DNA from: Phoronis australis
Lineage: Eukaryota; Animalia; Phoronida
Reading direction: 5' to 3'
Assembly (NCBI GenBank): GCA_002633005.1
Contig: NMRA01000105.1
Coordinates: 598,010-662,009, forward strand
DNA: 64,000 bases
Position 1 is the first letter of the stretch; each line of letters opens with the position of its first letter. The notes under the pieces were generated by a model, which saw only the letters and a list, made by a program, of their open reading frames with translations, ran no database searches and was not told the DNA's origin. The translations under genes and the position numbers were made by a program. Shown one piece after another: positions 36,899-49,936 of this stretch.

Positions 36899-37106
36899 TT
36901 AGTTCGGGAGCAGCCTTTTGTTAACACAAACTTTGTTCAAAACACGACTAAACTTTTTGTTTGAAAGCTTGACACTAAGTCGCTCGTAGTGTCGAAGCAA
37001 TCTCCTTTCTTCAGGTGTGCAGCTATGAAACAAAACACCGAGAGACATAAACAAACAGATTAAAACACTCGTAATATTTCGAGACTGCATGTCTCATCAT
37101 CTGGCA
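36899..37106 (-). mobile_element. Penelope-like element 5' fragment
   Basis: MSLGVLFHSCTPEERRLLRHYERLSVKLSNKKFSRVLNKVCVNKRLLPN resembles the N-terminus of Penelope ORFs (F...C....LLP.Y); preceded by a hammerhead-like motif. Confidence 0.55.
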
Positions 37107-38001
37107 ATAAGTGGAATGAATATAAACATAAACATAGTATGGTATCAAGCTTTCAAACAAAAAGTAAAGTCATGTTTTCAATGAAGTGAATGTGGTTTAT
37201 GAAGGTAATGGTAACATTTGTGTAAGTACCAATGAGGGTCAAATTGTAACGTTTTGCACTTTGAATTGAATTCGCAGTATCATGTCTATGAGAAGGCATA
37301 CGACCTTTGACCTGCTTTAAAATCATCCACTAGCCCAAAACAGAAACACACTTGATGAAAAAGTATATGTATTGTACTTCCACTATGTAACTTATTGAAA
37401 ATTATCAAAAAAATGGAGAAAGTTAAACTTGCAGCGTATTGAAACATTTCCTTCAATCAGGTTTTACAGAAATTGCATAAGAGAAGTCTTAATTTCACTA
37501 AACTTATGAACTACATTAATCAAGAGTACATTATAACTACACCCAGCACCACCAGAGGGGGGTAACTAGGACTGCTTATCAGCACCAAAACACCTGAATG
37601 GACACCTGAGAACTCTATAACTGTGATCTATCCCGAGTTAAACACTAAATTAACAGACGACTGACAAACAAATAGGTGTTGTGCAAACTGTTAGGCATAA
37701 TGTCAAATGAAGCAATTAAAAAGATGGTATTACACAATACCATTTACAACAAAATACAACAGTGATGTATGCCAGCAGGGCTCCAATTTTTCAAAATAGA
37801 CTATCTTAAAAGAACGATCACAGAACTTAAAGCACCAAATATATTCTCGAAATTAAAATGACAAAGTTGGATTTTGAATTTATACATTTTTTAAACTCAT
37901 ACAGACCAGCAAACATCACTCCCCAATTCCACACTTTCTTTACATAACTTGTGCTAACAAATCTGATACAAAAATAAAGGCTCCTCTATAATCTGAACAT
38001 G

Positions 38002-38802
38002 AAGCCTGTTCCAGATGAGCGACATTATGGGCCGAAAAGTTGTGCGTCACGTCGGCCAACATCGAAATTGCGTGTGTGAATGACTCCGCAACATGTCATG
38101 CAGCATGTTGCAGGTGTCCGCTGATATGTTGCAGAGAAGGGTTCGAATTTGTGCTATGTTCCAGCTGACACAATGCAGAAATCAGAGTGAATGTCAAAAT
38201 AAACATTTGCTTTACCAAGGATACTTGTACCCACGGTGTCATTCAGTCTTGACCTACAAACTGTTCGATCAGCGCAAATTTGCAGAAATGTATGCCTAAC
38301 TATAACCCTCGGTATGGAACGCAATTAGTCGAAAGACAATGGAAATCTCACAAGACATAAGAACTGTTGGGGAAATTTTGGAACAGACAAATCTTTTAAG
38401 TTTCATTTTTAACTGTGCATGAGAATCATTTAGAACTGACACATGTACCGATTGTGAACTAAATAAAAATCATTAATTAAATTTTATTTTTAATATCTAC
38501 AATTTTGTTGTGAGGTACAGTACCGTTAGCTTGCGGCAAATTTTGATTCGGTTCAACGTTGTTAGGAAAACAGTATACAGACCTACTAGTTGGTTAACAG
38601 CCATTGCGAATCAATGAAAACCAAGTACGAGTTCCAACAAAATTCCAAGGGCTGTCCTGTCCAGATTGTTTTGACCAAAATGATTTTGGTGTCGGCCAAT
38701 CTGACACTTTGTGCGAACGCAACAGCGAAAAGTCGCATAACTTTTTGGCAGCAGTGTCGCTCAACTTATCGGGCGAAAATGTCGCTCATTTGAAATGAAC
38801 TT
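38002..38802. mobile_element. ~0.8-kb TIR element just downstream of the Tudor gene stop codon
   Basis: ccagatgagcgacattatgggccgaaaagttgtgcgtcac vs reverse complement tcaaatgagcgacattttcgcccgataagttgagcgacac. Confidence 0.65.
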
Positions 38803-39008
38803 AAAACGAACTTCACATTCTATCACAACATTTTAACTTATATCTAAGTCACTGCGACATTCACTGAAGATACCATTGATTACACTAGGTCATAGGTCAC
38901 CAATCTTCTTACTGCAATCTACAAGTGATGCCACCTATCCTGGTCCTTCTCTCTACACTGAGGTCACCAATCGCTGGCCTTCTGCCAATCTAGAGACCAC
39001 TACAAGAT

Positions 39009-39168
39009 CTAACCAGGCAGATACAACACTGTGTCAGGCTGAATACACAACGAGCGGGATTTCTGTCTACTTTTGGCAAGACCAGTTTTCTTCAGCTCGT
39101 CGTTGATGAAAATTTCATCGTCACCTGACGTGTCATACAACTCGACGTGAATCACTCGGTTGACACCT
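39009..39168 (-). CDS. Krimper-like Tudor protein terminal exon (coding part)
   Basis: cctttccag acceptor, phase 2; GVNRVIHVELYDTSGDDEIFINDELKKTGLAK...YLPG* carries the eTudor C-terminal V.LYDT....I.IN..L...GLA motif. Confidence 0.9.
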
Positions 39169-39614
39169 CTGGAAAGGAGTAAAAACACGACTGTAACGTA
39201 TATGATCAACTTTACACCCACCACCAAGTTTCAAGACATTTCACTTTGTTGCATATGAAAAGATGTATTACAGGCCTTGGCATTTAAACACGAATGAACA
39301 TAATATACATGTAGCAATAAACTGCAATTCCTGCAGTTGCGACCAATGTGCATATATCAAGTCCACTCAAACGTGCATTTACGCATTTCCCAACAAAATG
39401 TTCAGTCACATCATGCTTCAACTGTTTGCTGATGCAACAAAATACAGGGTCAAGATGTCTCCCTTTGTTAGAGTTGCAAGTTTAAAGCAGCCTACAACAG
39501 CCTTCATACAATTATTTTGAAACCCATCATGCTATGCATTACATACAAAGTGTTTCCGTCAAATCTGAATCACTATAGTCTCAAAATCACAACATTTCAT
39601 CATAAAAAACTTAC

Positions 39615-39829
39615 CTCGAGACTACACGACAAAACAATGTCCTGCCGTCCGTCAAGTCTCTGAACATCTTTCGCGATTCCTTCGCCCACTTCCTGTCCGC
39701 TGAAGGTGGCTCAACATCGTCGAGAAAACACTCAACAGCCTGGAAGGGCATGTACATGAACCGCTGCTCAATGCGCCGTGTGTTTCTTTCCGACACCCAC
39801 TCGGAATTACCATAGTCCACATAAAACAC
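39615..39829 (-). CDS. Krimper-like Tudor protein exon: Tudor core second half (215 nt, phase 0-2)
   Basis: ttaatag acceptor, AG|gtaagt donor; VFYVDYGNSEWV...FMYMPFQAVECFLDDVEP...W = canonical DYGN and LP.QA..C.L motifs. Confidence 0.94.
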
Positions 39830-42804
39830 CTATTAAACACAGATATATCCCATTAAAAGACATTCTGACAAAGGTAGACCGCTTCTATAAACATTACTAG
39901 AGGCGCCATTCAAAAGAGGATGAGATTCTCAAGCTGCCATCCAGTACGTACCCAGACTTGTCTCCCTTGAGCTGCTAAAAACATCAGGTATCCCAATGGT
40001 GTTGGGCACTATAGTGAAAAGGGAGATAACTCTACTGCAGGAGACAAATTGAATAGTCTATCAGACCAGTATGGTTGCCCTTTCAACACACACAGAGTTA
40101 CTCACAAAAGTATGTTGTACCAAACTAAAGTCGCTGTTTTGCCCGATATAAACCTACCTTTTGTCAAAATTAACTTAAGATTTAGAACTCTTTACCATTA
40201 TGAAACTCATTCTGGGCTTATTTTTGTATATCCAGGCTAGAGGTGATTTCTGAACTCACGTCCGACAGTAAGTTATTGCTCAAGCATTTTGGGCTTGAAG
40301 GGGGTATTTTAGTAACATCAAATAAACACCCCGGCGTTTATTCGGAAAGGGGGGCATGCAAACAGTGTTTATTTGGAAAGGGGGGCATGTAAACGGAAAG
40401 TAATAGCCTCAGCTGATATGAAAATATCAGCGATTGTTTTTGCACAAAGCTGTTTTTTAATTTTAAATTAATAGATACATAGCTTGCCAACACTTTGTTC
40501 ATTTTTATAAATGATCAATGCTCCACAAAACTGAATTTGTGGCTAAAAGTTGAAGCTAAGTGGGCTTTTAAGAGGGCATTCTCTGAATAAATGACCCACT
40601 ACCTAGACACTTGACACCAGAAAATGTTACTTAAAACAATTTTCCCAAAATAAATGTCCATGGGCATTTCATCAGGTGGGCTCATGACCGGAAAATCCCG
40701 GTATCTGTGGTACAAAACTTGAACATGGTAAAGCATGATGTTGATGCTGCCCGGCGTATCTTTTATTGAAAAAAAAGAGAACATAAAATGGCACTCATCT
40801 GCCATACTGTGTCCTAAACTAGTGAGAATTTACCGTACTTTGTAGTCAAAATGCAGACATATTGCCCATGCTGTACTGTGAGATGTTCAGGCATCTCACA
40901 AATCTCTGGTTGAAAAAATGTTTTGTCTTTATTGAGTTAGACTGCCTAGCTTGACTAAATTTGCGACTGTAACATGCAGAAGTGTTTTTGTTTATCTTGA
41001 AAACCAAGGAGCTGTATACAACCAGGAACACAATGTCAATGCCCGGACGGCTCAGGCAGCAAATCAACGATTTTTGCCTATTTCCGGAAAATAATATTAC
41101 AGAATTACTGCTGAACTAAGAAAAAGTATAATTAAAAAAATGCCCCTAGCAACAGTCCTTTGTCAACAGATTGGTGATTAGTTTCTATCTTTTATGACAT
41201 AAATTCATGGCGTATTTTGTGGTTTGAAGATATAATTCCATTATACACGCACCAGGGTAATGGACAGCACTGGAGTCAAATTTAGTATTGTGTAGTCTAC
41301 GCACATGCTTCAGCAGCAGGTGGTCTCTGGCAAGTCACTTTATCAAATCACATAAGAAGTGTTTGAACCTCACTGCGGTAAACTCTAGTACCCGTTGTAG
41401 ATTCTACTTTTACCACAGGAACCAGTAAAATCAAGGGTTTCCAAACTTGCGATGAGCCGACTCATGTAATACTGACCAAGTAATGGAGACCAATATGTTT
41501 TACAACCATGCTGGTAACAGAGCAGTAGTTGCCAGGGGTGACTATAAGCATTCAGTTTCAAACCCCGGCCACTCTGTTTATCCTATAGGGCCTAACAATT
41601 CCATTACATAGGCACCAACTTGTTTGCATCGAAATAAAATAAGCCAGTTTATGGTTTGAAAATTTTATTGAGAAACCAAGACAGTAAAAAAATACATTTA
41701 ACCTTTTTAATCAAAATTTTCATTATAAAAAGCATCTGCAAACCAGCATTCTGTACTTAGGGTTGGGTGAGAAGTGCTTTCTGTCTAGAAAACTGACAGT
41801 TTGTCATTGCTCAAGACCATGCTGGCCATAACAAGCCAACTTGTATAGTCTAATCTTAAGCAATAACAACCTGTTGGCCATTTCCAAGCCCCAAAATCAT
41901 ACATTTTTTTTCATTTAAGGAACAATTTGAGACCACTTGCATAATAACAAGAGAGCTTACGCTCCTTATTGTGTCCCCAATAGTCACGCATTCCCATAGA
42001 ATCTAGTTTCTGCACCCAACCAACTTGTTTACGACAGTCAACAATCTAAGAATGTACAATGGCTACCATGACATCCAAGGTTAGCGACCGAGATCATGGT
42101 TGATTCATGAATACAGCAGCTTTCATTATTCTATGCACGTGACCAACCTGTTTGCCGATGTGCTCGGAACAACTTCTGCCACCTGGCAGTTTCATTGATG
42201 AGACACAGAGGATCACCAATCACAGTTAACGAAACAACCCTCCACATCATCGACATGTGAGCCTAGAAACATTTACTTGGATGGAGCGAATCCCCAGGTT
42301 GACACCAGCTTTGCCCCACCCCTTCTGTCAGGTCATGTACATCAGGATTCACCGACCCCCACCTGCTGCGTGCTTTGGCGAGTGCGATTTTCAATAACAA
42401 TTAAGACATTTTAGATTTCACTGAACTTTTCAGTCAAAAAATCGATAGCCATGCTTATTAGTGAAGACCGGTGTTAGCCGTGAGGAAACGTAATATGTAA
42501 TTGTTTGAACCACACTGCACCACGGGATCCTAGACATTACCTTAACTAAATTTCCCCGGTTCATTATACCGTTATAATGTTTTCACAAAGTGGAGTAATA
42601 TTTCATACGCAGCAAAGTGACAGCATAAAATAATTTAAATGTTTTCGAAATGGTTATTTGCTAAATAAAATAAAATATCATTTTTTCGTTTCACGACACT
42701 TTCAGCTGCACTGAATAAAGTTCATCATTGGTGCTATTTTGTAAGTAAAGACTTCAACATTAAATCACAATGCCGGGATTTCTGACACTTGAGAGAAATT
42801 CTTT

Positions 42805-43300
42805 TTTAAATCACATTTGAAAATGATGAAATGCATCAAAACAGTTGCCACTTCCTGGATGTCACCCTGACATTACCTGTATTGTTGACTACAATGCGTA
42901 TTTAACAAACCAAGGAGTTGTAAATTCTCTATATTGTTTATTACAGAACAGCTAATAAACCATGGGACTGTATATTACCAGTATTGTCTACTAGAGCCTG
43001 TTAATAGACCAAGGAGTTGTATATTGCCTATACTGTTTATTACACTACAGCTAATAAACCATGGAAATGTATATTACCAGTATTGTCTACTAGAGCCTGT
43101 TAATAAACCGAGGAGTTGCATATTACCGATACTGTCACTGTCGGGTACTGGATGTTTATAATAGGGAAGCGTTAGACAAGAGCAAATGATTTTTATGATC
43201 ACTATGAAACCCTACCTGCATATGTAAATAATCGGCAGTCACCATAAATATTAGAAAATTCGTCCATCGCAGATATAATTCCAGCAAGCATTTGTATAGT
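42805..43300 (+). mobile_element. degenerate Penelope-like RT fragment interrupted by a ~78-bp tandem repeat (about 3 copies, ~42890-43130)
   Basis: ITFENDEMHQNSCHFLDVTL resembles Penelope IKFT.E.....FLDV; repeat unit containing cagctaataaaccatgg...ccagtattgtctactagagcctgttaata seen directly. Confidence 0.45.
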
Positions 43301-46300
43301 TTTAATCACTAGTTCTATTATCATTATACAGTTTGCACCCATTTACTGTCATTTGTTGTGACTGAGGAAAGCAAATAGATTTAAGCCAAACTGTCATATG
43401 CAAGCTGCAAAATTCAACTGATTGTAGTCCATGCAAAATAAAATGACTCGTTACAAAAAGGTCATTGCACAACTAGGGCACTTAAATGGAAACTACTGTT
43501 CTATAGCATTAACCAGGAAATAAAAATTAATATACCATTTAGATGCAAAGTCAAGCATTTTTTTGGTGCACAAGATGGTTTGAGTTGCAAAGACGAACAA
43601 TGCAATTTCCTTTTCTCTGATATTTCGCAATCTTGGCATTTTGGCATCACACTGCACAACACGCAGTTTAACAACTTGGTGACCACAAAGAATTTTAGAA
43701 AGAGCAATGCAAAGTGTTGAAATGCACCTACGACCGCAATGCAAAAAATAATTTGTGGGTTATTTACTAGTTTCAAAGATCAGTAAATTAATTTGGCCAC
43801 TGACATTTTGAAAACTGAACACTGGCTGTACTGGCGCATCCTAGCAGTAAAACCTCTGTCATTAGGTCCATCAAAATTTGTCCTGTCCAGCTGACAATAA
43901 TCAATGGACAGGCAATATCTGATCAAAAATGGCTAACAGAGGGGCTACGGTTGTCCAATCTGCGATACCGGCACATTCACGCCATATATCTTTGCGTCAA
44001 GCTTTAGTTAAAACTAGTTGTCATGAGTCGTTTTGCCAAAAATTGAAGGTCAAGGAATTTCTTGTCAAAAAATAAAATGGCCAACTGGGTGATGAGATGG
44101 TAATTGAAACTACTGAAGTTTTATATTATCTCAAAACTTTTCACGGAAGTAGACACAGGAAGACAATTTTACATCATTATTTGAACAGCACACCTACCGT
44201 CAACAAACTCAGCAAGCAATTGGAAAATGAAAAATCATAATTGTTGAAAATTTTGATAAAATATTTGTAACTTATTGTGATCTGTGAACACACTTGTCAA
44301 AAAAAACCCAGTGGATTGAAGATTCGGCGACAACAGAAATTGGCCAACTGGTGGCACTCTATTTTATGGTACGCAAAGTTTACATGTGCGGATCGCTTCA
44401 CACATTTAACAGCAGAGTAACAGAGTAAAGTCATTATTTTTGTGCTGGTAACCAATTAATTCACTCACGGAAGAAAGTAGACCTTAATGATATCGATTTT
44501 GTGTCAGAATTTATTTCACTTACTTTTTGCACAAACTGATCCAATGCTGTTTATTTACACAGCTTTGCATCAAGGCCATTAACAGCCTAATTATCCTTTC
44601 TCCAGACGATAGTTAATATGTAAACTTGTATAAGGCCAAAAAAGCATATTCCATTCTAGTCTCTGATTTTTTGAAAATCATGTCAGTATCGATCACTTTT
44701 TCAAAAAACAAAATCCACCCGAAACCAGCAAAAACAATGCGCTTCATTATTCATCGCTTGGAAAATCCTGTGAAATCAAACCTTGCTTACCTTTAGAAGA
44801 TCACCAGGATCCACAGAGAAGTTGAAAAAATTACTATGCTGTCCAACGAAATCAAGTAATAGACTCGTTGCTTACCACCTCAGTCGATAGAAAACCCAAT
44901 GACTATGCAACAGGGACCAGGGTGGTGGTCAGGATTTCAAAACAGCACAATCCAATGAACACACACACGGTGCTTACAGGCTCAACCATATGTACAACCC
45001 TGTATTATGCCCAGCGACACCTAGTGGCAAGACAACACGCTGATGAAAGCTTTAGCCATGATATCTGAGAAGCTGAAAATTTCTGTTATTTTTTCAATAT
45101 CTGTGGATTTGCAAAGCAGGAAATGTGTTTACTCGTTTACCACAACTGAAAGTTATAATTTTAATCGGTAAGGGCAGGTCTTGAAATGAGTTCGGGGAGA
45201 GACCAGAACCAACCATATTTCAGGTTCAAGACAGTACTATAGTTACGTAACAAGTTGGCAAAAACGTGTGTGGTAATTCTGATTGTCCAGATAAGTTTTT
45301 GATGACCACTTCACCGTGCTATTTGCAAGGGAGACAGTTGTCTAAGAACTAACACAGAACAGCTGATCGGGCGCATGTGTTTAAACATAACTGGTACGAA
45401 GCAAGTTGACACCACGGCAGCCATTTCTGACACCAGTTTGAAAAGTAGATGCATTCGATAAGTTGCTGGAGTTTCAACTACACATCAAACACAAACATGG
45501 TAAAGGCAGAAGGGATCACCTCTGACTCAAGCTGATCGAGTTTGCAAGCTGATGTTGTATAAATGCGACTGATGTGGAGCAAGTCATGATAACAACTGTC
45601 CCCCCATGTAAAACAGCTTTTGATTTAATCTATTTCACAACGATTGGTGGGTTGTTTACCATATTTACGGTATAAACAACTTTTATGATTTAAAAAAAAC
45701 TTGGAATCATGAAGAGCACCAGCTGAAACTTTGGCAACAGCCACGAGAAATTGAAGTCAATATAGCAGAAACTCTAGTTTGGTCCAGAAAAGACCAACAT
45801 GGACCAAAACTGTTGAAGGTACATCGCTGCAAACCCATCTTCCATCAAAGAAACAAACTGTTATTTAGACCACTTACGAAACTTGCCTAAACTTATTCCT
45901 TACTCAGGGATTTCAAGGCTTGAGAGCGTGTTAAGCACATAAAATTACCTGCCATGACAAGCCAATGTATAAATGTCGAGTATGTCTGTAACGAAGATCC
46001 TAAGTCGTGTACAGAAACGTCAGGGGTCCCTTAAGAAATTGTGAGCGGTGCTGCTTTGGAACTGAAAACTCACAATGTTTTCCTGTTGTAAGTAACTTCA
46101 GGTGTTGTATTCACTCCAAATTAAAGTGGACTGCAGCTGCTCATACCTTGTAAACCCAAGCTATAGAGGTTACTATTCCAGTGGATATAAGTAGGGCTAT
46201 GAGGTTATACATTTACTGATAACGCCTCAACAAAGGGTGAAAAGGTGAGATTTCTGAAAGAAAAACATACAAACAAGAGCAACTTTTTCACGGAAGCTCC

Positions 46301-46518
46301 CAACAAATGGATCCTTTTTTCAAGTGTACCCACCAGGACCGGAATATCGTAAAATCTCACTAATTTAGGACACAACATGACTGACAAGTGAAATTTATTT
46401 TATTATTTTTCCAGGAAAGACAATGCAGCTGAAAATTAAATGCTTATCTAAGTTTAGGAACACAGCTATCCTCAGACAATATAACACAGCCATCCACACC
46501 TGGAGTTCAAGATGACTT

Positions 46519-46886
46519 TTGAGAAAAACATGTACCAGCTGTTCTACACATTTAGAAGTTTTGTTCAAGTCCTTTGTACTTCCACACATTGATTATTGTG
46601 ATATTATATATCAGTCTGCCAATACGGGTGCACTCCAACATTTGGAGAAGTTACAATATCAAGCCGCCTTACTCATAACTGGAGCTTACAGGGGATCCAA
46701 TAGTGTTAAGGTTTTGAATAATCTCAAGTGGCCCAAACTGTCTACTCGACGCAATCTTCACATGACCACATTTACGTTCAAGGTAATAAACAATGTCAAC
46801 AACGTGTCTGTCAAAAAAATATTTGATCTATATATTAGACAAGGCCATCGTAGTGATTTGAGATTCTCCACCCCATATGCAATTCC
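46519..46886 (+). mobile_element. CR1/L2-type LINE ORF2 fragment (region C-terminal to RT), antisense in the Tudor gene intron
   Basis: LFKSFVLPHIDYCDIIY...LEKLQYQAALLITGA...LKWPKLSTRR is typical of this region; ends at n 46887. Confidence 0.8.
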
Positions 46887-48237
46887 NAATCTCCCCACGA
46901 CAGATATAGGGCAGTTCTGTATGTACCCTCAATCCTTTCATTCACTGATTTGACATGATATTGAGTCAACGAGGGGAACATAGCATAAAGATGCGGCAGA
47001 AAATGAAGCTTTTATCTGGAGGGAATTGTGCCTCTGCATGCATACAACCACTGAGAACGAATGCACCGACTTTGAGTCGGTGAACTGCCCCTGTGACTTA
47101 AGTGTTCAGTAACACAGCAAGTTGTTAAAAAAGATAAATCCTCCCCGACATTCATTATTTTGATTGGTAATTTGAAATTTCGCTATTTCAATCTCATGCT
47201 CACAAAGCGCTTTAACCACCGACTCGATTTCCATTGTCCATTTCATACTTGGTTTCTTGCAACTGAATGTTAAAATAGTGAACACGGTTGAGGTGTGTAT
47301 ACTTTTAGGTAATATTGACCAAAAACAACTTTTCACTGAATAATTAACCGAAGACCCTATAATTTTCACGTGTACCAACTTAATCGGCTTTTTCTCAGCT
47401 TCGGCAAATCGACATAATTTGAAAATGGGAACATGGGTTCTCGAAAACGGCTTTATAGATTTCGCTGAAACTTTATAAACTTAATATCTATTCACCAAGC
47501 TCAAAAATGCAGTTAGAATTCTTAATATTAAGGCCTAGAGTTTGTGTAATGTAACAAAGACAAAAACGAGTGCTTTTACATTTTATTTATCATCTTTTTA
47601 GAGTCAAAATTTCATTTTAAGAAAGGTTTGTTCATAGTGAAACGATGCCTTGGTCGATTTTCATGAAACCGTTTTGAAATGAAAACTTCACCAGTTACCT
47701 CAAAAATGCCATTAGGAATTTTCGATTAGTCTCTTAGTTTGGTTTCTATGACAAATCAACTCTCAAAATGTAAGGTATTTTTATAAAATCAGCTGCGGAC
47801 AGTGCATTATCATGACCAAAGTGTTTTCAATGCAATTAATCTAATCTGTGGAACAGTTGTGAGCGCGTGATAACATCTAGCTCCTTTGTCAACTGCCCAG
47901 CACAGTCTTTTGTCTGGATGGACCATGTTTAGACTGCTTACTGCTTTAAAACTTGCCGTATCAACCTGTTCTTACTCAGAAAAACCCCTTGAGACCATAC
48001 TCGACGCAAAAAAGATATGTCATGACAAGCCAACTTGTAGAGCCTGGTCTCAAGCAAAAAAAGTCAGTTTTCTCGCAGCACTGAAATCACCTAAAATTTG
48101 ACTAAGGGACAGTTTGAGACCAATTTCATAACAGAAATAGGACTGAATCAAAACGTGGTTGAATGTGCATACAGCTGCTTTAATTCACAGCACTTCACAG
48201 ACGTAAGACAGCAATGGGTTAAGCTGGCATTTCTTAC

Positions 48238-48382
48238 CTCCACTTTCTCCTCGTCACCGTTTGTGTCAATCACCCTGGCACGGTGCCAAGATCGGTCCCC
48301 AGAGAACTTGGCAACAATGATTTCACCCAGCGCAAACTCAGTCAGATCTACATTCCTAATCGACATCTTTGAGTAGTGGTCA
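48238..48382 (-). CDS. Krimper-like Tudor protein exon: Tudor core first half (145 nt, phase 2-0)
   Basis: atctgtag acceptor, GAG|gtaaga donor; DHYSKMSIRNVDLTEFALGEIIVAKFSGDRSWHRARVIDTNGDEEKVE. Confidence 0.92.
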
Positions 48383-49872
48383 CTACAGATAAATGGAAAA
48401 TTTAGCGTTAACAGTCATGAGTGCAGAACACTAGAAAAGATCAAAAACATTTTAAGTCTGGTCTCCACGCCACCTGTTGGCCACATCACATGCTATATTT
48501 TCACGCCAGTTTAAGATTTAAATACAATATACATAAATGCAAGATGACAAAATTCAACTTAATTTAGTACATCATACTTGAGAAATGTCTGATGGATTTT
48601 AAATGAAACTAAGGATGTGCTAGTATCTTAAAAAAAATTGTATAAAATTCAAAATGCTTTTTTCTAAAAATTGTTTTCTAGTTTGGTGGGGCTGACTGGC
48701 GAGGGGATTCCTCACACAAATGGCCACAGGTGTAAACCCATTACAACACCTATGAATTGTGAAAAAAACACCCATATCAGTACCAAAACTCTTGTCCTTG
48801 AGAGACAGATGCAAGCTCGCTAACTCAAGTAAGCAAATTCCAGTATTTGACTTTAAGTTAATTTTTTCTATACTATGATACCTCAACTGGATGTCTAAAA
48901 AATTTCATGCATTTATCTGTTAGCAAGGTATGAACATTGTAATTAGCCACTTAATTCATCCAGTTGAATACGGGATATCTATGTGCTATTGTTTACCTGT
49001 GGTGAAAGGGTCACGGTGAAAGGGTGACCTGGATGAGTGGCGTGTCACGTGAACACATACTCAAAAGGGTGATTCACCAAAAGATGGGCTAAAGTAACTT
49101 TACTGTTGATTGGATCATGTTGGCAACCCGTAGGTTAAATTCAAACACAGACAGTTGGCGATGCTTGGTTAAGTATACATTTCTACGCCCCATTCCATGA
49201 AATGCCACGTCTGCCTACTTACTAGTTTATTTGGAATATCCTCATTACCAGGAAAATATATTTAATTTATTTTGTGCAACGTAAGTGCAGAACTGTTAAA
49301 TGTACATATTAATTTGAGAAATCAAATTTTTTTGAAAGGTGCCCAAGTCAGATAAGACAAGTTTAACAGTGCAATGTAAACACATTCTGGTTGGGCTATT
49401 CAAAACATATAGGTGACCTTTGCACTAATGACATTCCAGGGGGCTCACATAGCCTGCATCATGCAGCCTTATTCCCCAACACCACGACTCACAAAACTTT
49501 TGGACACGTTGAATGATTTTCGGTGGATCATTTTCGACACAAAACTCGTTCTTAAAAACATTTGGCAATTTTCAATGTACTTCATATTCACATCGTCACT
49601 ATATGTTGCGTTTCTAACTAATTTGACCAAGTAATCACAGAGACAAGGAAGTAGCGTGTTAATTCCACTTTAAAAGGTGTTTACTTACACCTGCCAACTG
49701 AGCAGGATCCACAAAGAACTGTAACTTTCGCTAACCTTGCAAGTCAATTTCAAAACGCTTATTTTGTGTAAACAACTGCATAATTCTAAGCCAGTATGCA
49801 GACTTCACTTAACCCCCTCCATTTCCAAAATGACACGACACCATTCAGTGCAAACATGGAATTGCTACTTAC

Positions 49873-49936
49873 TTCATATCTTGGAACAACGCCTCGAGGC
49901 TCTCAATGCTAGAAAAACTGTCAGAAGAGTAGCCAT
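49873..49936 (-). CDS. Krimper-like Tudor protein exon (64 nt, phase 1-2)
   Basis: actttccag acceptor, AA|gtaagt donor; (D)GYSSDSFSSIESLEALFQDM(N) is the eTudor helix and provides exactly the phase needed to join the flanking exons. Confidence 0.75.
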
